Below are positions 13,546 through 28,900 of a stretch of DNA of 64,000 bases, piece after piece. A program made the position numbers and the translations under genes. This DNA comes from Mizuhopecten yessoensis (lineage: Eukaryota). Position 1 is the stretch's first letter. Every line of letters begins with the position of its first letter. Under the pieces are notes generated by a model that worked only from the letters and a program-made list of their open reading frames with translations, did no database searches and was not told the DNA's origin. Location of the stretch: the NCBI RefSeq assembly GCF_002113885.1, contig NW_018407983.1:1-64000 (forward strand), read 5' to 3'.

Positions 13546-14176
13546 GCAGAGAGAATATAGTGAACATCATTGTTTATTATATTATTGTCTCGTCGACACG
13601 CTATGTGTTGATTACTCTGTTAATCTTCATGTAAAACGTCCAAGTACTCCTGTCGAGTTGTTCGAGGAAATCACAAACAATTCTGTCTCAGACTACTGCC
13701 ATGTGTGAACGACTTCTCCAAAACTAATGAACGAGGTTTGGATGATATTGTAAGTATTGTTTATCAACAGAAAACAGATATATTTGTTGTGTACTCGCCA
13801 AAATGCGAATCCACCAAAAAATTAATTGACGGTATTTTTTTATATTATTAGTTTGGTGTATGTAGTATAACAATACATAGGCTTGTATGAAAATATTTTT
13901 ACTTTAAAGACAAAAAGCAGAATTTGTGCAAAAACGAAACAAGTGACAGGTCATAAACTCCCTAAATGACATCAATGTAAAATTACAGTAAATGTTTTTC
14001 GAATATTGAGTGCTGTGTATTTTGAAAACTGTCTACAATTTAATATTATAAATAGCAATACACATACATTCAGTTGTATTTTTATACCAGTAAACAACCG
14101 AAATATTCTGATTAAATGAAAACACCTAATGAGAAAAAAATCTAAACTGATAGGCCAAGTTCGTTCAGACAATACC

Positions 14177-14348
14177 CAGGGGAAAATACTGGAATTTGAG
14201 TGCAGTGGGGCATTTCCAGCAGTTTTGGTCGATATCAAAATTAAGAGGGGCCAGTCTATGTACAATTAAAAGAAAATTGAAGAATAGAAGGGTTAATTTC
14301 AATTTTGAGGGGCCAATGGCCTCATGGCCCCCTCCAGGATTATTCTTG
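14177..14348. mobile_element. MITE with CAGGG-type ends and a 6-bp TSD (AATACC); same family as 31799-31962
   Basis: AATACC on both flanks; the internal sequence is the reverse-complement homolog of 31799-31962. Confidence 0.75.
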
Positions 14349-14989
14349 AATACCTATATAAACACATATCTACAAGACATGCGTTTGTTATCTCTAGTCT
14401 TAATCGTCGACAAAATGACCTGGATAGCGAAAGAAAAATTATAAACCTGCAAAAAACTTTCATTTGATGAGAAAACAAATCCTTGTCTGATTACCCTTGT
14501 CAGCAGCGCTTAATTAATTTCTTAGGGGTTGGGCCCATACGCGGTTTATATACAATAATTCTGACAATTACAAAAAGACCGTCTGTTTTTGGAAGACAGT
14601 GAGCCACACGAGCGTTCTCTAGAAACCATTCTATTTTCGGAATATATAGTAGATGGAACACGAACAGGTTGGGTTGGGTTGGGGCAATGAAAATGTACCA
14701 GGCACACATTATCCAATATTTTTATCGTACCAGTTTTATTTATTTATACGGAATTAATACTGTTAGATTTGTCAAACATATTTAGGTCGTGAGCGGAAAT
14801 ATGATTCCCACTTGGAGTCGAAGGCATACTTTGAAGCCCGGTCTATTTTCAAAGATGTCTACTCTCAAAATGGATATGACTGTAAGGAATCCAAAGCTTA
14901 TTCCTAAAACCAGCCCATCTTTTCTAATATGGCTTATTATCAAGATTTTGTAATGTACAATGTATTTAAGATATGATATGCAGGTCATG

Positions 14990-16450
14990 TTGGTAAGTAA
15001 TGTTATGGAATTTTTGAAAGAACCATGTGTGATCAACTGACTGCCTTTTTTAGTAATGTTTTTCATCCTTTGCTTGCAGCCTTCCGACCAGGATTTGGGT
15101 GTCAATCTACCCTGTTGCGACTTGTTGAGGATTGGCGTAGAGCCCTGGACAACCATGTGTATGTCGCTGCCATACTGATGGACCTGTCCAAGGCTTTTGA
15201 CTGTCTTCCTCTTAACTTGTTGGTCGGGAAGCTGGAGGCCTATGGCCTGAGCAAAGCCTCAGTTAACCTGGTGTCCAGCTTCCTGAGCAGCAGGGAGCAG
15301 CAGGTAAAAATTGGCTCCAAATGCGGTGACTGGCTGGAAGTGCTGAAGGGGTACCCCAGGGTTCTATTTTAGGACCCTTGCTTTTTAAAGTATTTGTAAA
15401 TGATATGTTTTTATATGCGACATCCTATAAATTATATAATTATGCAGACGACAACACTGTCAGCGAATCAAATAAAGACCCAGATGCTTTAAAACATAAT
15501 ATTGAAAATGACTGTCAAAATTTAATAGACGTGTTTAAATTAAACCAGATGAAAGCAGACCCTGATAAATTTCAGGCCATTTGTATAGGGAAACGTTCGG
15601 TAGATGCTATACCGTCTTTTAGTATTGGCGAAATATATATTGTTCCTGACAGTGTTGTCAAACTTTTAGGTGTGAACTTTAATTCATTTTTAAACTTTGA
15701 AGCTCATATCATTGAAATTTGTAGGGAAGCCTCAAGGCAATTGTCCATTTTAAAGCGAATTGGGAGTTTTTTAACCAAACAAGGTAGACTTGTAATTTAT
15801 AATTCATTTATTGTTTCAAATTTTAACAACTGTCCTTTATTTAGTCTGGCACTCTTGTTCCATGAAGAGTGTCAGAAAGTTAGAAAAGATACAAGAAAGA
15901 GCTTTAAGGTTTATACATAATGATCACAACTCATCCTTCAGACACTTATTCAGTATCACCAACAGCGACAGGCTTCATGTAAGGCGTCTGACGGAAATGG
16001 GCTGTGAGGTTTTTAAAATTATAAACAAAATTTCTCCTGAATATATTCATAATCTTGTAAATATTAAGATGTATAATTATGACTTCAGGAAAGAAAATAC
16101 TGCAAGTGCCCAGGGTCAACACTGTGAAGCATAGACATAAATCGTTTGCTTTTGAGGCCGCCCGGGTTTGGAACAGTCTCCCAAATGACTTCAGAAAAGT
16201 TGAAAACTTCAAAGAATTCAGGAGGCTGGTCCATTCCTGGGATGGCCCCATCTGCCTTTGCATTATCTGCAAAGAGTGATACTTCATACTGTGCCCTGGT
16301 TACCTCTGCCATCTGACATTTTGGATTGTGTGATACTTTTATTGTCTTATCTCATTTCTTATATGTTTTAAATCTGTTCTATAATTTTGCTGCATCTTAT
16401 TTGTATTTTAATTCCATATATTCTAAAAAGATTTTTTTTACAAAACTTGA
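14990..16450 (+). mobile_element. 5'-truncated, frameshifted CR1/L2-like LINE (reverse transcriptase and C-terminus)
   Basis: AFRPGFGCQSTLL, ILMDLSKAFD, GYPR/GSILGP frameshift, YADD, KLLGV, WNSLP and a terminal CLCIIC, spread across ORFs 15025-16279. Confidence 0.9.
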
Positions 16451-19400
16451 TAAATTTTGTTAATTGATTTCGGTATCATTTTTTATTCACACTATAATAG
16501 TGTATATTCTGAAAACATCATAAATCAAGCAACGTTACAAATGTTACGATTGTACATTTAAAACAAACCATTGCTCTGGAGAGCTGTGTAACAGCGAAAT
16601 GCCCTGAGAATCGGTCTTCTTGTGATACTTAAATATGTTAATTGCATTTTGGGATATAGGACACAGAACTATACTGATGTTTTTTTTTAATTTTGAATGG
16701 AAATATCTCCAATTTGTTTTTTTGAAATATATGTTTTGATTTGATAATTTTATAACCTCAAGTATTTTAAATCTGTGTATTTTAAAAAGATTAATTAAGT
16801 TATAAGCCTCTAGTTATGCACTTCTAATAGTATTATTAGCTTTTGATGATGTGACTTTATTTGATTATGTTGTAAGAGATAATTTGGAGTTGACATTTAT
16901 TAACTTCTATCTTCTGTCTTTTTCATATACCATATACGTATGTTATTCTTTCGAGAAGTGGCCATGGTGTAATGATGGCTATTTCAAATTGTATTTTCTT
17001 TCTGCCTCAGCTTCAACATCAATCATACAACAGGTTTAATAAAATACATAATAAAACAAAAGTCTGTGAAAATAAATCTGTTTTCATTTCATTTAGGAGA
17101 TATCAGAGATTTACAGGGGTGGTAATATTTTATTAAGATTGAAAATATAGTAAACAGGTTTTTATATTTGGGTGTAGTTTATCCACCTTTATAAGACATT
17201 GATCAATTAAATGGGTTTTTATATTTGGGTGTAGTTTATCAACTTTTATTAGGCATTGACAAATTTTGTTGGACAATCTACTTATCAAAAATGGAAAATT
17301 ATAAGTCAAAACTAAATTTTAACTAACCGACAGAATATATTTGCAATCTATTTGATCATTTGCTGTCACCTGAGTTGTGCCATCGGAGCCTACATATTTA
17401 AAAGCTTGTGAACAATAAATATAGCTCATGAACTGCCGAACAAAATTTAGTTCATATTCACATCATAGTATGGTAATATCTGATTCTACACTTGTATATA
17501 TTTTGTTGGGTCATCAGTCAAGGTTAGGCGTCTAGGGTCAAAGTCACACCACTTTTGAAATAAAAATATCATGTACTTGACATCTCACGAACCTCTATAC
17601 AAATTAACTTTATAGTTATACTATAGTATGCAAACATTGAGTGCTATACCTGATAAGGTGTTGGTGGTTATCTGTCAAGGTTAAAGGTCTAAGGTCACGG
17701 ACAAAGTGGGATATATATATATATATATGCGAGCCTCAGCCAAGTTTGCTTCAATTAACACTTTTTGATACGTGAAGCAATCAAAAGAATAGACCAAACA
17801 GGCTTACTGAATGTATTTAAAATTAAAGTTAATAACAAATTTTGTTTAATTGCAGAAACAAAACTATCTGAGTCTGCACGCACTAAATTCTTGTGAACTA
17901 GCTAATACAAGTCAGAATATAAACAATCTCTAAACGTAACGAAAATTGAGGTACGGCGTTTGCAAAATATACAAACCCAAATACATGTGCAGAAGGTTCT
18001 TGTGTCACCTTCACTGCAGAACATTTGTAGCTACACAAACGATTACTTTTCTTCGGCTAATGCCATTCATTCGACTTAAATCTTTTGATTCGTTTTCTTT
18101 TTCCTAATCTTCATAATTTATTATTGTGGTTTTCATCTAACTACTAAATACACATTGTAGAACTTTACAAATGATACAAAAATGATTTGTTTATCAAGTT
18201 ATTCTATTCCACTGGAAAAATGCTCCGATATATGTAATAGCAGAATAATTGTAATAACAACAAAACAAATGAATTATTTCATTTCATTTATTTGAATGAA
18301 ATTTGTGATGCACTTCATCTACATTTGATCACGCCTTACAGACAATATCCACGTATTTCTCTGGCTTTGCATTATGCCATGGCTTTCATACATCACTTCG
18401 ACCATAATTCAACCAGAACCTCCATATATCATCCCTAGATCAAGTTCCCAGTCCCCCTCCTATTTCAACCTGAAGGAGAGTAAAGACTGAAGAAGGATGT
18501 ATGGGGAACGTCAACATTCATACACACTTAGACACACTTAAATAAAATAGGATGCCACAGTAGGCTCTCTTACTGACATCTAATTATCATGGTTGTAACA
18601 GAAACAATTTAAAAATTTGAATGAATTGATAATAATGAAATTACATGTGAGAAATTGTCCTTTGCTGAATGACAATTTTATCATAAAATGCACATTTAAG
18701 TTAATGTAATAGGTGTACTGTCTAATTGAGTGAAGGGGAAAAAAACTTTGACAAAATGTACAAGATTGGGACTTTTTCTCAATCTAATGAATCGCAGACA
18801 CTAATTAATAAACCATGAATCTGTATTAAATCAATTCCATTAAACAACAAACACAGTCAAAGAGTTGCAAGCCATGCTTGAATGCACTCCATTGAATAAC
18901 AGTGATCAGGAAAATGTAGTGTTTATGAAACACAATAGTTCAATTCAAAATTGAAATCCCTGAATTATTTTATACGATTCATCAGAGACGGATCATGGAC
19001 GAAAACCAAAACAGCCACACAGCTATAGAGGACGAGGAGCCAAGCTTTGTAAAATGTACAATATCAGGGGTAAAACGGTCTGCTGCCAGCAGGTATTTAC
19101 AACTATACAAAATAAATATCAATTTACATTAGTTACAGGAATAAAATAAGCTACTATTGTTTTGATATAAAAATTCAGAAGAATCCAAATTTAAAACGTT
19201 TAAAGATTAAAGATCAGGTATTCTTTAAGAATGTACACACTATAAATAGCATAGACACTGGGCAGAAAGCCACATTTCATAAATAAGTTTGAATATTACA
19301 CATGTTCTCACTATGTACATCCGATCAATCGTACAAACATTTATAGTAACATACTGTACACAAAGCAAACTTGTTACATTGACTCATAAAAAAATCATTT

Positions 19401-22400
19401 CTTGGAATCTTTCTCCAGAATCTACATCAATGCTGCAAAGTTTTTAAGAAAAAACAGCAGTAGAAATGTCTATTTTTTAAGTTATAAGTTTCAGTTAAAA
19501 TTATGCATAGCCCACCAATTATTTCGACTATTACTTGAAAAACAGCAAATTTTCTGTCACACAAACATTAGTCATTATACAGTACATCATTACAACATAA
19601 CCATAAAATACCAAACAAACCTTAAGTTGGAAAGGACAACATTGATTATGCTTTTTTAACACTAATTTTGATACTTATATGTTGCTATGGTTGATAATAG
19701 CTCAACAATGACTCCGAACAAGTCCTAGAAAAGGTGTAGAGAATTTTTCTTTTCATTAAATTTAGCACTATCACTCACACTGTATTTATCAAACTTTTAA
19801 ACTCTGATCAAATGTGAACTCTTTATCCATCTGTTTCTTAATTCATAACTGGATTAGTTGTACTTGGTATATTTCTTTATTGGTCACAATTTACTTTGAC
19901 CAGTTACAATGGTATAGATCAATCGAGTGCGCCATGTAAATGTATGCTACTGCATACCAGGAATATTTTGCCTAGTGAAACTTTTGCCCTTTTCCCATCA
20001 ATTTAATTTTCTCCCAACATCAATTTCGTCATTCACATTAAATTACTATGTATATTTAGGGGATAACCTACTGCATTTTGAAATTTGCAGCAGTATAACG
20101 TGATTATAATATATACTGTCGCAAATTGAGTTTTACTGGTGACGCAGAGCAGAGCATGGTTATAATGTTGCAAATTATTTGGATTGACCAATCAAATCGC
20201 ATGTTTTATCTCAGATGAATTAGAATATGTTGTTTTTCTATATTCATTGTAATAATGAATTTTCCCTAGTTACAGAGGGCGGAAAAGGAGAAAATTGATC
20301 TGCAGCTAAATGTTCCTCGTATACAGTTTATTCAATGAAACCGTCATTGTGTATTTTACCGTTTTGTGGTTGCAGTGGAACTACAATTATTAGCAGTGAG
20401 TACATGAACCCTTTAACTGACTTAAGTTAAAATATACTGCTAAATTATTCTATTGTCAAAAAAGTTTTTCAACTTAAAACCTTAAGTACCAATGCGGTTT
20501 CGTTCCATACAGTTAATGACTTAAATAGAACAAGAAAAGAAAGCTGGTCTTCCCAACTGTTCTCCAGACAATTGCTAAATTGATATTTTCAGCGCACTGA
20601 CAATCATTATGTTTGAGACCTATGTTCAGGATGGTCCTCGTTACACACCTGAAAGATTAATTTTGCAGATGTCACAAAATCCACTGCTGCAGCTTTTTTG
20701 CCCAAACATGTTCTTGTTTAGGATTTTTTATAAAATATGTCAAGGATATAGGTTTCAATCAGACCGTACAGGTACCTGTCAAAGAAATGGTATCATAGCG
20801 AGCATCCAACTAGTGTATCGACTGTTGTAACACTAAAATGGTAGAAGGTCAATTCTTACATTATATATGTAATAATATAGACTCCTTAGTCAAAATTTTG
20901 ACAAAATTAGCTTCTCACTGCAGTTAATGCTACTGACGATTCAACTCACACCACCTGCATTTTATAATCACAATCAACTTAACAAATAAAATACTGTATA
21001 ATGGGAAACTCAGCCATTGAATGAAATGTTTGGCCTTCACCGGTTAAAACATATTCACACAGCGATCATTTTGACCTTCACATTTGAAACATTGTGTGCT
21101 GTACACCAACATCTGCCATCACAATAAACTTGCCCTCACTACGGAAATTATGGCTAAAAATTGGACTGTGGCGTAACATTTCCCTCTAAATACAATGCAA
21201 GAACAAAAGTTACCCTGTGAACAGATAGAGTAAAAGAAGCTTCTTCTGGCATTTCTATGACAGGTCTGCGTACTAATGAATTAATACATCAAATTTAGGA
21301 AATCATTTTAAACTTAAGAATTTCACTTTGCCTTCTCCAAATTAGCTGATAACACAGCAGTAAGAGAATTCTTAGTCTTTGTGGAGAAATATGGATTGCT
21401 TTGTACTGAAAGTTTTCATGGAAAACTTCTCAACTAAATGCTTAAATGATTTTGGTCAAATGAATGAATGGATGATAATGAATGAAGAGTGAATATTTTT
21501 GTTTAACAGAGATTCTGACATTTATTTTGTATAATTGTCACCATTATGCACATGTGAAACCGGACCTATTACCAGTAGATGCTTATTTCTATTCATTCTG
21601 AAGAAAAAATATGTTAGATGCTTTAACAAAAGTTTGGTGTTGAAGAACTTGTATATTCACAGCTCGCAGCACTTTCTTTAGTGGAAATAAAATTACTTTG
21701 AAACCCAAACATATATGAACACAAATAAAAAAAATAAGTGATGTCAAATGACTTTATACAGATATTTTTTGAAGAATTAGAACAAATTAATACACAAAAA
21801 CAAACTCTTTCTAAGTAATAAATATTAAATCTATAGTTGAACTGTGTCCACTTTGAAAAATTCATTAAAAGTATAATTTACTGTCTAAGTCTATCACCCA
21901 CAATCTCTTGATATTTTATTTCATTTACAGCAAAAATGTTATGGGAAAATTTAAACAATGTATCCCTTAATTTCACCCAGACAACCTGCAGTAGCATGCA
22001 TAATAAGACTGAGGCTGTGAAACAAGTACGGGAATGGGAATGACTAAGCATTGTTTAGTGGTATAAAGTAACCATCTGTCATCTACAGGATTTGGTCTGG
22101 CCACAGACATTGTGTATAACATGTTATGGCCACCTGAGATATGTCTGGTAAGGAATTCAATACCAACACTTAACACATGAAAGAGTGATGTATGTCTTAC
22201 TGCTCTGCTGCAAAATGTTTAAGGCTAACACTATTCTCCCTTGATCACTTCCTGCTACAAGTACTTCTGTAGAATGGTTACTTGGCACAGCCGTTTCATT
22301 TTACAAGCAGAATACAACTTTCTCTTGCCAATGCCACTGAGCTGTTTATCTTGTAGCTATTTCGCTGACTTGGACCATGTGTCTTGGATTCTCCATCAGT

Positions 22401-23740
22401 CACAGAAACCTCCTAGATTGGACCTCATCAATTCCCAGCTTTACCCTGCAGCACTCATCATGTAAATAAAGAAGAGTCTGCACTCTGTGAAGGTCTATAG
22501 CTTAGAGCCCACTTGACTCGTGATATTTAGTCCCTGTTGAAATCACAAGGTCATCAGGTTACACCTATGCAGCCATTATCTGTCAAGAAGCTCATGATCT
22601 TGCGTCGATGGGTTTTGTCAAGCCCACTTGTCGTAGCCAGGGAAGGCTGCCATTTCCTTGCTATCGTTCTCCTCATCTTCATCTTTTGATTCCGAAACAA
22701 CGAAAGTATTGAAAACATAATACAAAATGTAAGAAGGATTGCATGATAAAACCTAATTTTGTTGTTGATAACACCTGTGTAATGCTAATTGACAGATCAC
22801 TGATTTTTAACCCACCTAATCAGACAAGTGTAAACTAAAATATTTATAGCTTGCAAGCCATTTCAGGTAATCAGGACATCAAAATTGTTCTCAGTAATGT
22901 TGCAAAACAGTATCAAAATAACTCCGGTCAAAACCAGTGGCAGAGTGGATAAGCTGCCAGTCTGGTTATCAAGGATTCCGGAGAATGAATCCCAAATTCT
23001 AGATGATTCGGTATGCTATGGTTTCGGTACTAAGAATGAAATGTGTTGGTACTTTTTGGTAAAGAAAAAACAAAGCTTGAGAATCCTAGAATATGAAATC
23101 AGCAACACGCATGACACAAAATGCAAACAAATACAATGTTTAAACGTTGTTCATAAAGCTGAAAATCTTATAAAATAAGATATTAGAACAATTTTTGGAG
23201 AGGTCCAAATGTTTTAAACCAGAACTGAAACATCTCATTACCACAATGACAGTGTATTGAAACATCTGTAATCTTTAATCCCTGTAGCAGAGTCAATATA
23301 TTTCTTGTAGAAGAGAAAAATGTTAATTTTCACCGAGAATACTGATCATGCCATGGAAGTTTTGATTCAAAGCTTATCAACACCATTAAACTTACCTTCG
23401 TCGTCTATAAGTATATCTAATTTTTCTCTGAAAAGAAAAACAACAATGTATTAGCTATGTGTTCCTCCAGATGATAACAAGAGCTTCAACTTTAAAACCT
23501 ATCTGAAATAGCTCTAACATTTCACACAAAAATATATACTGCATACCTATATACAATGTTGTTAAAAACTGACCAACAGATCTGGGATTGGTACTTTTTG
23601 TGGTATCAAAATCTTCAACGTGAATGAATTTGAAAGAAGTCTGAACATGCACATGATTCTAATCTGAACTTTATGCTTATTAATTCAGTTTAACAAGAAA
23701 TATGTAACACTTTGTGTTCAACTGCTCCAAACTTTCCCTA

Positions 23741-23830
23741 TTAACTCATTCACCCATGAAGACACATTTGAACCCTTCCAATTCAAAGGTTAGAATGGTT
23801 CATTATGAAATTTCAGGGGTGAATGAGTTA
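23741..23830. mobile_element. Short TTAA-type (piggyBac-like) MITE
   Basis: TIRs TAACTCATTCACCC / GGGTGAATGAGTTA. Confidence 0.75.
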
Positions 23831-23915
23831 TGAGTTTGTAGAAAGCAAGAGTGAAGGGCAGTAGGTGACCTATTAACAGTTAACAGACAGCACTATACAG
23901 GAGATGGAATGTAAT

Positions 23916-24237
23916 GGCTGGTAAGGGACTAGACTTACTCTATATAGAGTTTACAGAAAGCACTGTACAAGACTTAATCTATGACAGCCGTAAAGGCACT
24001 AGACTTTCTCTGACGATGGCTGTAAAGTTACTAGACTTGCTCTATGACGGCTGTAAAGGGACTATACTTACTCTATGAGGGCTGGAAAGGGACTTTACTT
24101 ATTCTATTACGGCTGTAAAGGGACTTTCTTACTCTATGACAGCTGTAAAGGCACTAGACTTGCTCTATGACGGCTGTAAACGGACTAGACTTACTCTATG
24201 ACGGCTTTAAAGGGACTAGACTTACTCTATGACGGCG
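23916..24237 (-). repeat. 31-bp minisatellite made of an exon end plus GTAAGT donor
   Basis: Unit GACTTACTCTATGACGGCTGTAAAGGGACTA, about 10 copies, decaying away from exon 24291-24226. Confidence 0.9.
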
Positions 24238-24843
24238 GCAGCTTTTTTTTGAGACCATTGATCCTTTCTTGATTAGCGGCGAGCAGTTGCCCTGTAAAAC
24301 ACATAACCAAGCACAACTTCTGTTAACATGGAATATCTAAAGTCAACCACTACCAGTCATGATTCTGTGACTCTGATGACAGACACTGGTGGCTCATACA
24401 ATTTTTCAGCCATCAGAAGCACATTAAACTTTCACTTTGTAGCATCCAAATAAGCAAGTCTAATGTTGTGTTCTTTAATGAAACTACCCTGTGATAAAAA
24501 TGGTAGTTATGATTTCTGTGTACTTGCTCTGATTGGCCTTATACAGTGAAGGTCCATCATGAGTACATACTGCCGGCAGTACTGAGACGATTCCTTGTTT
24601 AAGTAGAATCACTGTATCAATGAATCAAGTCTACGTTTTGCAGTCAAAAAAGAAATTGCTGATCACTTTTTTTTAAACATTCAGCATTTAGGAGGAAAGC
24701 TAAATGTACACACATACGTACAGAGTTTGGAAATTGGTGAACTGAGATATCCACAATACATCCATCAGAGGAACCATATACATAAACTTCAGTAAGCACA
24801 ATGATAATTTAGAGCACTATTTAAAGTACAAAAGAGCAATTAA

Positions 24844-25903
24844 ATTGTTACCATACAGAAAATACCAGGTATGACACTGATTGTTACCTTACAGAAAATA
24901 CCAGGTATAACACCGATTGTTACCTTACAGAAAATACCAGGTATGACATCGATTGTTACCTTACAGAAAATACCAGGTATGACACTGATTGTGACCTTAC
25001 TGAAAATACCAGGTATGACACCGATTGTTACCTAACAGAAAATACCAGGTATGACAATGATTGTTACCTAACAGAAAATACCAGGTATGACACCGATTGT
25101 TATATTACAGAAAATACCAGGTATGTCGCTGATTGTTACCTTACAAAAAATACTAGGTATGACACTGATTGTTACTTTACAGAAAATACCAGGTATGACA
25201 CTGATTGTTACCTTACAGAAAATACCAGGTATGACACTGATTGTGACCTTACAGAAAATACTAGGTATGACACTGATTGTTACCTAACAGAAAATACCAG
25301 GTATGGCACTGATTGTTACCTAACAGAAAATACCAGGTATGACACTGATTGTTACCTTACAGAAAATACCAGGTATGACACTAATTGTTACCTAACAGAA
25401 AATACCAGGTATGACACCGATTTTGTTACTTAACAGAAAATACCAGGTATGACACTGATTGTTACCTTACAGAAAACAGAAAATACAAGGTATGACGCTG
25501 ATTGTTACCTTACAGAACATACCAGGTATGACACTGATTGCTACCATACAGAAAATACTAGGTATGCCCCCGATTGTTACCTTACAGAAAATTCCAGGTA
25601 TGACACTGATTGCTACCATACAGAAAATACTAGGTATGCCCCCGATTGTTACCTTACAGAAAACAGAAAATACAAGGTATGACGCTGATTGTTACCTTAC
25701 AGAAAATACTAGGTATAACACTAATTGGTACCTTACAGAAAACAGAAAATACAAGGTATGACGCTGATTGTTACCTTACAGAAAATACCAGGTATGACAC
25801 TGATTTTGACCTTACAGAAAATACCAGGTTTGACACTGATTGCTACCTTACAAAAAAATACCAGGTATGACTCTAATTGTTACCTTACAGAAAATGCCAG
25901 GTA
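24844..25903. repeat. 36-bp minisatellite, about 29 copies
   Basis: Unit GATTGTTACCTTACAGAAAATACCAGGTATGACACT; explains the repetitive ORFs at 25087-25870. Confidence 0.95.
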
Positions 25904-25984
25904 GGTGATAAACTGTACATATTTTATTTTACAACCATGTATTATAATCTTTATAAATTAAAGGTTTATATTCAGAAAGTCTAC

Positions 25985-28900
25985 TTTGTATAGTTGTGCA
26001 TAATTAGCTCTTGTGCGATACAATTTGATTATCTTCAGAGATCCTTTGGCCAGATATTCATGAATGGTTTTCACTCTCTCCCTGTATAGAAAAAAAAACA
26101 TGATGGTAGGATGTTAACTGATCTATACAGGCAAACAACCAGAATAGACATAAAACATTTCATCATATATTTGTATGTGATATGTGGTTGTTTTGCATGT
26201 GTGATACTACTAGCTGTTCATAGGCCATATCCCGCACCAGTCGTAACCACCCAGCATGTGTCATATCTGCCCGGCACACGTCATTTCCATTTAGTTTACA
26301 GTTCAACACTTTTCGGAAAGATCATACCTCAATCATCAGACAGTGAGTAAAACAAACAGGTCACAGATAAAAAAAAAATTGAGTCAGACTATGACTTCAT
26401 AATAATTATAGAGCAGTATACGATAGCATATCTACGTTTTTATCATATGTTGTCATATTTGTACCATATGAACACTTCCATATAATATGGAAAAAGTCAT
26501 ATCATAACCTCTAATAATAGCCACCCAGGTCAATATTGTCATTTCTTATTTCCTTTCTACTGAGGATGTACCAACTATCAATGTGAAATTCTGTATGGAA
26601 GTCAGTGTATCACTGATTTGATGTTTATAACATTGATTTCATTCAAACCACGAGCTCCAATGATTATCAAAAAAAGTTCATTTACGTAGTTTATTATACC
26701 CCCGCAACGAAGTAAGGGTGAAGGGGGGGGGGGTATACTGGAATCAGCTTGTCTGTCCATCTGTCTGCCGTAGAAAAAGTTTGTCCAGACAACTCCTTCT
26801 AAAGTAACCAAAACTATGTGGCCAATTTCAACAGAAATTTACAGATATGGTAACTGCCCCCTAATATTGTGCATCCAAGTATGTAGCATGTTTTCATTCT
26901 GACCCTTTAAGCAGAGATGCAAATAATATTATTTTAGCAGAGATAAGGAAATATCAAATTCTTTTGTACAAACAGAATGTATTTTTAGATATTATATTGA
27001 TGGCAGATTATTTGAAAATATAAGAGGCTTGCCTATACATACCTCAGTCGTTTAATTGTCTGGGCTTGCCTATGCATACCTCAGTCGTTTAATTGCCTGG
27101 GCTTGCCTATACATACCTCAGTCGTTTAATTGTCTGGGCTTGCCTGTATATACCTCAGTCATTTAATTGTCTGGGCCTGCCTATACATACCTCAGTCGTT
27201 TAATTGTCTGGCATGTCTGTAGCATGTTCTCCTGGAGTTTGTCTTGACGAGACATTGCCTGGAAAAACGCGTCGGACTTGGTCGATATTTGCTTGGCTAT
27301 GTGCACCTCTACTATATCTAAGTAATGACTCAACTGAAATAGAAAAAGGAGACATTATATAATTCAATTCAAACATCTCAAAATGGAGCACTCTATGAAA
27401 GAAATAAGTGTGTATGTCAACTGCACAATTATGAATTTTATGATACATAAATTGTATAATTTTGGACATGCTCCGACGGGTAAATACAATAAGCTAATCC
27501 TATATGGAAACATTTCCCCAATCAAAAACTTGCCTTTTACACAGGCACAAAACCTCTATTTGCCCAATGGTCAATTTGTCCTTTATATAGCCCTGATAAA
27601 TCTGCAGCTATTACAGAGGGCAAAACAGGCAATTTAGTTAAACTGTGACAAACAAAAATTAGGAATACATTATGTATTATGAAGGGTTCCTTTGATAACA
27701 CTTAAATGTGTAAGGAAAATATCACAATAAATCTGATTTTTCAACATACTGGACAATTGTTCTGTTCCAGGGTAATTAACATACAGGTAAATGCGTGTTA
27801 AGTACCAATTATTTTACTTGGCGTTAAGGTTACAATAGAATCCTTTTATCTGGAAGTGTATGGCACCATGAAAACAATTTAAGATAATTATGCTGTCCAA
27901 GGCATGAAATTCATCAACATACATGTACCAGAACTGACCAAAATATCACTTAGGTTAATACTATGTACCGGGAAACTCCTTCCCAGTTCGCCCTTCACTG
28001 GTAACATCTGTATTCTCCCAGTGCGAGTTTCACCCTTCACATGCAATTACTGTATTGAGTATGCAGTGTAGTAGTATTAACTGTCATGATAAATTTTCCC
28101 TCAAATCTCCAGGACAAAAAAGGCGGAAGTTAAACTGTGGTATACAGATTCCAGTAATGATTTGAGGTAAACAAGTTTGTCATTGAAAGGATAGATAACA
28201 ACGCCCTTTCATGTTTCAAACTGTGTCAGATTTAATTCATCGGTTTGCCTTCTACTTATAGCAACAGTTCTATAATTCTGAATGGATTATGTTTGTCATA
28301 CTCTCATAGCTGCAAATATTTTTTCTGTTGTTCCATTTTATCATTTTTTATTAACTTTGGTACACAGCTAGCAATTACATTAGATTAGGAGACAATTCAA
28401 CGTATCGTTGTTGTGAATTATAACAATAGCTTTGATTCCCTTTCGGTCAGACAGACATTCCTCACTCACCTTTTCCTGGAGGAGCTTTGACGACTGCGGT
28501 CCAGAAGATGTAGGACCAGAAGGCTTGGAATGATTTTTTGACTCAATCTGTTGCCATGGAAACACAGCATTGAAAGTATCACTATTTCCCAGTTCAAAGT
28601 TTGGTAAAAGGAAGAGCTGGAAGGATAATGACAAAACACAGTATCAATCCATGAATGACAGCAAAGTAATATCTATTCCTACTATAATCAACCTTTGTAC
28701 TTTTGTCTTGCTAGCCATGACTTATATTGTAACATTTAATATCATTATATATGTAATCGGTCTTTTCTGATTTCTGTAAATCCCACAAACCTTCAAAACA
28801 CCAGACAAATAAGTATAATTACCATATACTGCTTTAATGGAATTGTGGAATTAAACTTTTGAAAAAAAGTTGCGGAGAGTTTTTTTTAGAAAAGTTATGT

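Larger units (their letters stand above)
22618..25984 (-). pseudogene. Damaged 3' exons of an unidentified gene (candidate exons ~25984-25884, 24291-24226, 23427-23396, 22691-22618) ending ...EEKLDILIDDEESKDEDEENDSKEMAAFPGYDKWA*
   Basis: Clean AG/GT sites flank 24291-24226 and 23427-23396, and the last two exons join in phase. Lesions: in-frame TAA at 25929-25931, a 1-nt frameshift in an A8 run (24243-24250), and a terminal acceptor reading CGG instead of CAG (22692-22694). Confidence 0.45.

Noticed and set aside
18290-18470. Possible minus-strand terminal exon (acceptor at ~18471, AATAAA at ~18288-18293)
   Set aside because: No recognisable coding content or linkage to VPS54; unsupported without transcripts.
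25087-25870. Repetitive ORFs (MTLIVTLQKIPG / TENTRYDTDCYL)
   Set aside because: Artefacts of the 36-bp minisatellite, with frequent stops and frameshifts.
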